46,151 nt of DNA, taken from IMG/VR virus record IMGVR_UViG_3300045988_148061; one strand, written 5' to 3'. The stretch is from a virus. Under the pieces are notes generated by a model, which made no database searches, was not told the DNA's origin, and saw only the letters and a list, made by a program, of their open reading frames with translations. Position 1 is the stretch's first letter, and each line of letters begins with the position of its first letter. The translations under genes and the position numbers were made by a program. This document shows, one piece after another, positions 31,630 through 39,600 of this stretch.

Positions 31630-32211
31630 CTACAATTTCAGTCTGTATTTATATTTATGCCTTCCAAAGACACCTTCGACAGTTCTATTTAATTCCTTAG
31701 CTATATCTTCATAAGTAAAGCCCCTATTTAATCTATCAAGCATTATATTATCTTCATACTCTGACCAAGCTTTATTGTATTTATTAGTCTTAAATTTATC
31801 AGTTTCAACTTTTTCTAAATACCATTTTTCATTGCTAAAAATATTTATAGTTAAATTCTTTGTATGCCATAAGTCTTGATTTTGTTTTAGAAACTTTTTA
31901 AGCTGAACTTCATCTAACATATAAGGCTTTTGTTTAGTTCTTGCTCTCATACACTTAAAATTAGTCTTAACAATTCTTTTCCTTATAGTATCTTTGTTTA
32001 TCCCAGTTATATGCTGAATTTCTAATAAAGTATACCATTGAGTTTGATGCCCTAACTTTAAAGTGTTATAAGCCCTTTCTTCTACTGCCCTTTTAGTTCT
32101 ACCTAGTCTTTTACATAAATTATCTATTTTAATTTTTCCCCAATTCTCAACTAGAAAATTATCTTCTTCTTTAGTCCATTTTTTCCTTGTTCTTTTAGCT
32201 TCTGTATTCAA
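31630..32211 (-). CDS. DNA-binding protein with two Myb/SANT-like repeats
   Basis: WTKEEDNFLVENWGK... and WSEYEDNIMLDRLNRGFTYEDIAKEL... TTG start after GAGGGG. Confidence 0.55.
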   Translation of the reverse strand: MNTEAKRTRKKWTKEEDNFLVENWGKIKIDNLCKRLGRTKRAVEERAYNTLKLGHQTQWYTLLEIQHITGINKDTIRKRIVKTNFKCMRARTKQKPYMLDEVQLKKFLKQNQDLWHTKNLTINIFSNEKWYLEKVETDKFKTNKYNKAWSEYEDNIMLDRLNRGFTYEDIAKELNRTVEGVFGRHKYKYRLKL

Positions 32212-32303
32212 TTATATCCCCTCTTGTTTTAATATTTTATCCCTTGTTATATTTGCATTAAGAGAAGTTTAAAACCTCTCTCAATGCCCTTTAAATCGTT
32301 TTA

Positions 32304-32756
32304 TTATATACCGTACTTATCTAATATATTGCATAAATCAATGTACCATTTAGGCAAATCACTTTCTTCTAGCTCATACTTATATAAATCTATTTCATTT
32401 GGATATACTTTTTTATATAGTTGTGAATAACAAGATTGCATAACTTCATCAAATACTTCTTTTATATGGAATTTACTATCTTCGTAAAATAATAAGTAAA
32501 CATCTCTAACATCAATATTATTTATACAACTAGCAGTTCTAGCTAAAGATTTTAGAATTTCGCTTAGTCTATTGGCTTCTTTTATAATATCTTCATTGCT
32601 AGCTCTACATATATCTATTCTAATATAATCATCTACAAAAATTTCAAGATTAAGCATATAATCAAAGTAATATTGTTTAATTTTTTCAAGCCCTCTTGTA
32701 TTTTCTACTGTTTCGCAATATATTTTAAATTCTCTTATAAAATTTTCCATATTCAT
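32304..32756 (-). CDS. Hypothetical protein (150 aa)
   Basis: Start trimmed to the ATG at 32756 after AGGAGAT. Confidence 0.5.
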   Translation of the reverse strand: MNMENFIREFKIYCETVENTRGLEKIKQYYFDYMLNLEIFVDDYIRIDICRASNEDIIKEANRLSEILKSLARTASCINNIDVRDVYLLFYEDSKFHIKEVFDEVMQSCYSQLYKKVYPNEIDLYKYELEESDLPKWYIDLCNILDKYGI

Positions 32757-32772
32757 TTTATTATCTCCTATA

Positions 32773-33696
32773 TTAAAAATTAGCTTTGAAAATTCCCTTA
32801 GCATTAGGGTTTCTACCACTCCAATTTGTTCCATTTTTTAAATCTAATTTATATGCAATATCTTCGTTTGACATATCTTCTACACTTTTCAATTCTCCAT
32901 TTACATCAACTTTACTATCTGCCATATATATTGATCCTTTTCTTTTGCTTGTATCAATACCATTATTGTTTCCATACTTATAAGCCATTCTTAAAGCTTT
33001 TATACCATGAGAATTGTTAATCTCGCATATACTTAAAGCTTCTTTTAATTTATCTATATCAGTAAATTCTTCTTCACAATCTTTTAAATCTTGCTTTCTA
33101 ATATTTACACAACTTTTATTTATAATTTTCACTACTTCACTTTCTACTTTTTTACATTGATTTTTTTCATCAAATGAAGTATTATTTATATCAGAATTGC
33201 ATATACTTTTATTAGGTTTGATTTCTTCGGCTTCTACTTGTGGCAAAGTAGGGGCTTTTTTATTTTTCATATCTTCATCATCTTCCGTTATGCTTGGAAG
33301 AAGTGAATATAATTTTTCAGTAGGGGCAAAATAAGATTTAGTGCCTTCTGCATCTTTTTTAGTGTATCTTTTAAATATTCCTATAAATTTAGATTTCATC
33401 TTTTTCTTTCTGCTACTTTCTTTCATTGAGTTAAGCCTTTCTTCCCAATCGCTTGGCTTTTCTCCTAAATCATAAATTAACATATCGCTTATAGCTTGTT
33501 TTTTAACTCCTAATATTTCTAAATCTGTAGCTACTTTTTCATATTTTACCCAATAATAAAATTCACCATTTACAAGCACCTTTTCCATCTTGTTACTATT
33601 TATAAAGTTTAATAAATATCTTATAACTAAGCTTTCATCATGGCTTATTTTTTCCTCTTTCAATCTGCTGCTTAAAAAACCGTGTATATATTTCAT
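32773..33696 (-). CDS. Initiator-like protein (winged-helix N domain), candidate Rep for the adjacent iterons
   Basis: The N-terminal about 90 aa (ISHDESLVIRYLLNF...YYWVKYEKVATDLEILGVKKQAISDMLI) resemble RepA_N/organiser wHTH logic. Second gene downstream of the iteron region. Confidence 0.35.
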   Translation of the reverse strand: MKYIHGFLSSRLKEEKISHDESLVIRYLLNFINSNKMEKVLVNGEFYYWVKYEKVATDLEILGVKKQAISDMLIYDLGEKPSDWEERLNSMKESSRKKKMKSKFIGIFKRYTKKDAEGTKSYFAPTEKLYSLLPSITEDDEDMKNKKAPTLPQVEAEEIKPNKSICNSDINNTSFDEKNQCKKVESEVVKIINKSCVNIRKQDLKDCEEEFTDIDKLKEALSICEINNSHGIKALRMAYKYGNNNGIDTSKRKGSIYMADSKVDVNGELKSVEDMSNEDIAYKLDLKNGTNWSGRNPNAKGIFKANF

Positions 33697-33713
33697 TTAG
33701 TTATCCCCCTTTA

Positions 33714-34049
33714 TTACTTTACTATTCCTTTTATAATAAGCTTTTCTATATTTGGCTTATTAAGCTTAAATAAAACAACAGTTCCAAATTCTCTACCCTT
33801 TTTTAAAATTTCCCTTGTTATAAACTTCTTCATACCCTCTTTGTCTAACATCCTTCTAAGTTTAACAGAATTAGCTTCGTAACTTTTGTTATTAAATATG
33901 ATAGGTAAATCATTTATTATTTTTGCATATGGCAATTCAAATTCTTCTCCTAAATTTTCTCTTTCTGATACTAAAGATAAATAGCTTATAAGAGTTATAT
34001 CTTTTACATCAATATTATTACTTATAGCCATTTCAAAATTAACACTCAT
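33714..34049 (-). CDS. Small winged-helix-like protein, first gene downstream of the iteron/DnaA-box region
   Basis: 111 aa, SD AAGGAGG. ITLISYLSLVSERE...YAKIINDLPII...SVKLRRMLDKEGMKKFI. Confidence 0.4.
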   Translation of the reverse strand: MSVNFEMAISNNIDVKDITLISYLSLVSERENLGEEFELPYAKIINDLPIIFNNKSYEANSVKLRRMLDKEGMKKFITREILKKGREFGTVVLFKLNKPNIEKLIIKGIVK

Positions 34050-34079
34050 TTTTAACCTCCTTATCTGTTTTCTAATATT

Positions 34080-34108
34080 ATTATAACATACTTAATAGGA
34101 TATGTATA
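34080..34108 (-). promoter_or_regulatory. Promoter TATACA-N17-(TGT)TATAAT with an extended -10
   Basis: Read on the minus strand, between the AT-rich/iteron region and 33714..34049. Confidence 0.5.
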
Positions 34109-34191
34109 TGTTTTTTATTAAAAGCTAAATTTTTTTTATTATATATATATTATCTATAATAATTTCCCTATAATAACTTATCTATCTTTGT

Positions 34192-34298
34192 TCAATTCCA
34201 TCGAATTAACCCCGTCAATTCCACGGAATGTACCCCGTCAATTCCACGGAATGTGTGGGTATTATATTTTTACTTATACCGTCAATTCCACGGAATGT
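34192..34298 (+). repeat. Iterons: three exact 20-bp CCGTCAATTCCACGGAATGT plus one degenerate copy
   Basis: Exact copies at 34212..34231, 34235..34254 and 34279..34298, with a degenerate TCAATTCCATCGAAT at 34192. Spacings are 23, 23 and 44 bp. Each contains ATTCC-AC-GGAAT dyad symmetry. Confidence 0.9.
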
Positions 34299-34336
34299 GT
34301 GCAGTATTTTCAACGGTTTAAGCTATAAACAATATT

Positions 34337-34363
34337 TGTGGATTATGTGGATATTGTGGATAA
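34337..34363 (-). promoter_or_regulatory. Three abutting DnaA-box-like 9-mers
   Basis: TGTGGATTA TGTGGATAT TGTGGATAA. The reverse complements are TAATCCACA, ATATCCACA and TTATCCACA against the consensus TTATCCACA (1, 1 and 0 mismatches). Confidence 0.7.
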
Positions 34364-34441
34364 ACTTATATATAATTAAATTAGTATAATTTTACAAGCA
34401 CCTAGTAGAGATAAACAACTCATACCACAAAGGAGGAAGAA

Positions 34442-34573
34442 ATGAAAATAAAATTACTTGAAAATGATAAAATAATCGAAGTGCCTAAGTACTGGAAATG
34501 GCATTTAGTAGAAGGTAAAAAAGTTATAATTGACCAAAACAAAGAAATAATTGCTTTAGTAGTAGAGGAATAA
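34442..34573 (+). CDS. Hypothetical protein (43 aa), plus strand
   Basis: Strong SD AAAGGAGGAAG 3 nt before the ATG. Product MKIKLLENDKIIEVPKYWKWHLVEGKKVIIDQNKEIIALVVEE. Confidence 0.55.
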   Translation: MKIKLLENDKIIEVPKYWKWHLVEGKKVIIDQNKEIIALVVEE

Positions 34574-34638
34574 TGTATAAATATATTCAGATATGCTTAT
34601 AATACCTTTTAAATTAGATTTTAAAGGTGGTCGGTTAT

Positions 34639-34812
34639 ATGTTTAATATATTTAATCAAGATAAAGAAGAAAAAGGCTCATACTGGGAAAGAAATCATCA
34701 AGATAATTTTTATAGTGAGAGTAGCTATAATAATAATTTTCAATATTGTAGATGTTGTGATAGGTATCAAAGATTTGAATATGATAGATGTTGTGTATGT
34801 CATTCAAATTAA
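34639..34812 (+). CDS. Cys-rich small protein (57 aa), plus strand
   Basis: ATG after AAAGGTGG. The C terminus is CRCCDRYQRFEYDRCCVCH. Confidence 0.5.
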   Translation: MFNIFNQDKEEKGSYWERNHQDNFYSESSYNNNFQYCRCCDRYQRFEYDRCCVCHSN

Positions 34813-34911
34813 AATAGCCTATACAGATTAAGTATAAGCCATTAAAACGTTAGAATAATTTGGATATAAATTTGTGGAATTTCAAAAATCTAGACAATAA
34901 TTATAAACTTA

Positions 34912-34941
34912 TTGTACTAACTTAATTATATTTTTCATAAT
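34912..34941 (+). promoter_or_regulatory. Candidate plus-strand promoter TTGTAC-N18-CATAAT with no ORF before the terminators
   Basis: Read directly. Plus-strand terminators follow at 35005 and 35071. Confidence 0.3.
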
Positions 34942-35004
34942 AAAATTTGTCAATATTTTACCAAATAAAAAGGATTTTAATTACTTTTATAGAATTATAT
35001 ATAT

Positions 35005-35046
35005 GTACTAAAATTTAGCTATGTTTTAGTACCTCTTTTCTTTTAT
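35005..35046 (+). terminator. Rho-independent terminator (plus strand)
   Basis: GTACTAAAA-N10-TTTTAGTAC followed by CTCTTTTCTTTTATT. Confidence 0.6.
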
Positions 35047-35070
35047 TATTAATTATATCGTTAATAAAGA

Positions 35071-35100
35071 AGATTGCTTTTAAGCAGTCTTTTTTTATTT
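35071..35100 (+). terminator. Rho-independent terminator (plus strand)
   Basis: AGATTGC-ttttaa-GCAGTCT followed by TTTTTTTATTT. Confidence 0.65.
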
Positions 35101-35110
35101 GTCTAATTTA

Positions 35111-35150
35111 AACATAAAAAAGAAGCTAATCCCCATAGCTTCCCCTTTTT
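35111..35150. terminator. Bidirectional terminator
   Basis: GAAGCTA-atcccca-TAGCTTC flanked by an A-run upstream and CCCTTTTT downstream. Confidence 0.6.
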
Positions 35151-35270
35151 ACTGAACTTATATGATTGTTTGTTGATATTGAAATCTTTAGCCGATTAAC
35201 TGTTGAATTTATACTCTACAACTCGAGTGTTGTAAATTAAAGTTGGATATACTTATATTGTAGCAAGTAA

Positions 35271-35302
35271 AAGAAGCTATCGCAACAATACAATAGCTTC
35301 TT
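35271..35302 (-). terminator. Hairpin downstream of the endolysin gene
   Basis: 10-bp stem AAGAAGCTAT/ATAGCTTCTT with a 12-nt loop and short T-tracts on both strands. Confidence 0.45.
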
Positions 35303-35433
35303 TTGAATCAAAATACATAATAATTACAAAATATAGAAACATTTAGAATAAGATTAAAGTAAAGATAATATATTCTTACTTATGTAATGTTATTTTAATT
35401 ATATTTTAACATATATTTCCAATAAAATAAACA

Positions 35434-36111
35434 TTATCTTGGAATTAAATAAGCATCTTTATAACCTTTTTTCTTTAATTCTTCAACTTTTGAATCTGCT
35501 ACAGATTTATCACTATAAGCACCAATACAAACTGCATATAGTTTTTTATTAGTAAATGAAGTGCTAGAATTACTATTTTCAGATATAGTTTGATTTGCTA
35601 TTCCCTCTGCTATTAATTTAGCTATCTTTTTCCTATCAGATGTATATTTATCAGTATCACTTTTATTAGATACAAAGCAAGTTTCTATTAATATTGCAGG
35701 GGGCTTAGTCAATCTTAACCAACCTAAATCGCGTTTTAAGTCATTTATATCATGCTTTATTTTTCTATCTTTAAATTCAGTTTTAAGTTTATCTTGAACT
35801 TTTTGAGCAAATACTTTCCCTTTAGAACTTCTGTATATTACTTCTGTACCATTAGCAGCTGCATTATCTGAACTATTAAAGTGTATTTGAACAACTAAAT
35901 CATAATTTTTAGAATTAGCTTTTTTAGCTTGTTGCTCTATATAATCACTTCCTCTATTTATTTCATGATAATCTGTTTCACAACCTAGTTTTTTAAGATG
36001 TTCAACTATAAATTTAGCTAATACTCTATTTTCTTGACTTTCATTTATAAAACCAACTGCACCAGTACCTTTACCAGTAAGAGTATGACCTGCTGATATT
36101 AATATTTTCAT
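35434..36111 (-). CDS. Endolysin: N-acetylmuramoyl-L-alanine amidase (Amidase_3/CwlC-like) with a C-terminal SPOR-like domain
   Basis: MKILISAGHT...VQIHFNS...GTEVIY amidase blocks. The C-terminal KLYAVCIGAYSDKSVADSKVEELKKKGYKDAYLIP is SPOR-like. Confidence 0.8.
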   Translation of the reverse strand: MKILISAGHTLTGKGTGAVGFINESQENRVLAKFIVEHLKKLGCETDYHEINRGSDYIEQQAKKANSKNYDLVVQIHFNSSDNAAANGTEVIYRSSKGKVFAQKVQDKLKTEFKDRKIKHDINDLKRDLGWLRLTKPPAILIETCFVSNKSDTDKYTSDRKKIAKLIAEGIANQTISENSNSSTSFTNKKLYAVCIGAYSDKSVADSKVEELKKKGYKDAYLIPR

Positions 36112-36113
36112 AT

Positions 36114-36392
36114 CTATACACCTACCCTTTCTTTTATGCTTCTCACATCATCTTCAATAGACTCTAATCTGTTATTATTACTTTCTAAAGCTATAGCAAA
36201 TTTATCTAGTTTACTATCAAATTTGTCTATTGTATCTCTATATAATTCTCTATCTAGTTTATTATCTTCCCTTAAATTGTCTATGATTTTATTTATATCT
36301 TCTCTTGATGATTTATCTTTCTGTACAAAGTAATAAGCTAAGCCTACCACACAAGCAATAGGAAAGCCTAAATTAGTTATCATTTGTTCCAC
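36114..36392 (-). CDS. Holin-like protein (BhlA/UviB family-like)
   Basis: A single N-terminal TM (LGFPIACVVGLAYYFV) then a charged coiled-coil. Immediately upstream of the endolysin. Confidence 0.6.
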   Translation of the reverse strand: MEQMITNLGFPIACVVGLAYYFVQKDKSSREDINKIIDNLREDNKLDRELYRDTIDKFDSKLDKFAIALESNNNRLESIEDDVRSIKERVGV

Positions 36393-36410
36393 TTATTCCA
36401 CCACCCTTTT

Positions 36411-36442
36411 AAAATAAAATAAGACTAGAGAAAAAACTCTAG
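36411..36442 (-). terminator. CTAG-stem hairpin plus T-tract upstream of the holin SD
   Basis: Minus strand CTAGAG-tttttt-CTCTAG followed by TCTTATTTTATTTT. Confidence 0.4.
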
Positions 36443-36460
36443 CCTTTATAATTAATCATA

Positions 36461-36613
36461 TTATTTTTTATCTAATAATTCTTTTAACTCTAACCCTTGT
36501 TCTACTGTTATTAATCCATCTGCTACAAAGTTAGTTATTTTTAATTCCATAGCTTCCTTGTTTGGGTATCTTCCAGCTATTATCATTTTCTTTAAATTTT
36601 CATACCAATTCAT
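36461..36613 (-). CDS. XkdX-like small protein (50 aa)
   Basis: MNWYENLKKMIIAGRYPNKEAMELKITNFVADGLITVEQGLELKELL resembles the XkdX family. Below the ORF-track cutoff and translated by hand. Confidence 0.55.
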   Translation of the reverse strand: MNWYENLKKMIIAGRYPNKEAMELKITNFVADGLITVEQGLELKELLDKK

Positions 36614-36683
36614 ACTATACATACTCCTTTTAAAATTAGATTTAGCATATTTTAAGCCATATGCCAGGGCATAAAAATAACAC

Positions 36684-39600
36684 CTATATTAAAGGTGTTT
36701 CTTCTTCTATCTTAGGATTATGTTGTTCTTCTATTATTTCAAATAAAGTTGAATACATTTCATCTGAAATAACAAAGTCCATCCAATAAAATCTTATCAA
36801 GTTTTCTATATATTCTCTGTTGTAATTATCTTTTCCAACTAAAACATTATTTAGTATTAACTCGTATAAGTCGTTATCATATTCAAAAGCATCACTAAAA
36901 GAAGCTACATCTACTTTGAAGCTAACTGTATCAGCATTGTATCTACTTGCTAACATTAATCTATTTTGAGTTATCATATATTTTGTCATGTTGCTTTCTA
37001 GTAAACTAACTTTCTTTTGTAATAAGCTAACTACATTAGATATATTTGAATGAACTTTTAGTGTAGTTTTAGGAGATAAAACACCACTTTCAATAACATA
37101 ATTAGTTTCATTTACATATGTTATTAAATCTATGTTAGTACATTCGTATACTTTTTCTTCTGCTAGTTGATATACTACTGTTACGTTGTTAGTTTGTAGC
37201 CATTGCTTGAAACCTTGCACGTCTTGTGTAGAAAGTTTTGAGTTATTTACTCTTGTAACTAATCTATTTCTATCGTCCCATAATCCAATACCTTCAACAT
37301 CACTTTTAAAATCATTTATACTCCTAGAAGTCAATTTATCACTAATAGCAGTTATTGCGTATTTATCTGTTGTGTTCTTGAACGATGTATTTGTCAATAG
37401 AAAACCTATAGTATTCTCTAATAATAACCACGAAGCCCACTCCTCACTACCATTTAACACAACTTCTCCACTTCTTTGGTGATAGTAATACTTACCATTA
37501 GCGTGTTTCTCTATACTATCCCATTGACGTAATATAGGTTTTTCCCACGTTTGAGTTTCTTCATTGTAGTATAAAAGACGTTTTTTATCTGATTGATGTG
37601 GGATATCGTGTAATTTATTCCCATATACTACAACAACATCACTAACTGCGTTTATATCAACTCGACTATCATCACTAGTTTCTAATTTTTTAGCAAACTT
37701 TACATAGTGAGTTTTATCACTAACTGTTGCTTTGTATGTTCCTCCACTAAATTTTATGAAATTTTTATTCATATCATATTCTGCCATCCTAATATCAGTA
37801 CTTGTGGCATTTTCACCCTTATACTTACCTATTTTACATATAACTTCACTAGAAGGTTTTACACGAATTAACCCTGTTTTCACATAAGAAGTCCAATCAG
37901 TATCACCACTTGCATTTAAACTACCAACTTCCAACTCTCCATCAAATAAATTACCATAAGGATTAACACTTGAAACTACTATTTCATCTGCCCCATCTTC
38001 AGAAGTCGTACCCGACTGACCTACTGATTTAAGTCCTTCAAAGTAATTTGGTAGGTTTTGTGTGTGGTCGCCTTCAAGGACAATACAAGTTTTCTTTATT
38101 TTTTCTTTATCACTTTCACTATTAGCATCCCAACCTCTAGCACCTGCACCATAACAACATCTTATATATTCACTTTCTTCTAAAGTTGCTTTTATACAAG
38201 TATTAGCATTTAATATATATGACCTAACCCAAATTGAATCCTTACTTATATCATATATTACTACCTTATCGGTATTATTTACAAGTGTAACCTCTTTACC
38301 TTTAGTTAACTCATAATTTTGAGCGTATCCATATATATTAACTTCATTTACAATCCCTACTGCCTTAAAGTTAAATAAATTAATTAACGTCTTACCTTCT
38401 AGTTTCACATCTTCAAAATACCCACCACTTGTAGCTTCAACAGTTGTAAAATCACTTTCAGTAGTAATAGTAGATACTGTACTTTCTTCTAACTTCTTAA
38501 CTCTATCTAACTCTTTATTTAAGTTACTGATTTGTTCAGTATGAGTATTAACAGTAGCACCAAGACTTTTTGGTACTTGTGCTTTTATCGTTCCTTCTAT
38601 TTCAGTAAGGAATGAAATGTTAGTTTTATTGGCAAAAGTACGTAGTTTAACCTGTTGGTCGTGTGGTAGTGGGATGAATGTTGGTTGAGTAGCTATATAT
38701 TTAATTAAAATATTATTACTTTTTAAAGAATTCTTAAATTCTTCAACATTAGAATAATTGGCTCTAATGCTTAAAAACCCATCATCTACATTATGACTTG
38801 CAATTGATTCTTTATCTAAATTATTCCACAAATCTATAAACGAAGAACTTTTATATTTAGAAGATAATACACCAATTCCATCAACTGCTTTTATATATAT
38901 ATGTTTAGTTAAAAATCTATTGTAAGGGGTTTGCACACTCAAAGACCAAACCTCATTACCGTTCAATATCGCAGTATCTACATTCTTCTCTACTCCCCAA
39001 ACTCCACCTTTCTCGATTATTCTATCACGAACATCTCCTACTTTTTCAAGTTGGACAGGTGATAAAATAGTTATTTTATCTTCAACGTATGGCTCGTATG
39101 GGGTTGCTACTGTACCTTCTTCTATTTGAATATCTTTAATATATATTGTACCTGCATTTGTCCAATTAAACCTAACATAATCTAATTGCTTATTCTTATC
39201 TGATGTTTTAGTAATCTGAATAAATTCAGTAGTTGAATTACAATAGGAAAATTGTTGAACAGAACCATCAGTATATACAAAATTTGCTCTAAAATTAGTA
39301 GCAGTACCTAATTTAGCTTTATATGACACAGTATATTGTACATTTTTAACTGCCTTAAATATACCTTTATTATACAGGTCTATAGGAGTTTGTGTGTGTA
39401 TTTCATACGTATCATTGGATTTAGAAATTATATTCGAAGATATATTATCTATATTAAATAAGTTCTTTCCACGAGATAAAACAGGTATTTCATACAGTTC
39501 TTGACCTTCTACTTTATCTCCAACAGACTTTATATCTGCAAGGTTTGAAGCACTTTGTATAGTATTACCAAGTATCTCTATATCCTTTAAGTAACCAACA

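Noticed and set aside
34192-34298. Possible CRISPR array, because of exact 20-23-bp direct repeats.
   Set aside because: There are only three exact copies plus one degenerate copy. The intervening 'spacers' are 3 and 24 bp, no cas genes are present, and the repeats are adjacent to DnaA boxes and an AT-rich tract. Iterons fit better.
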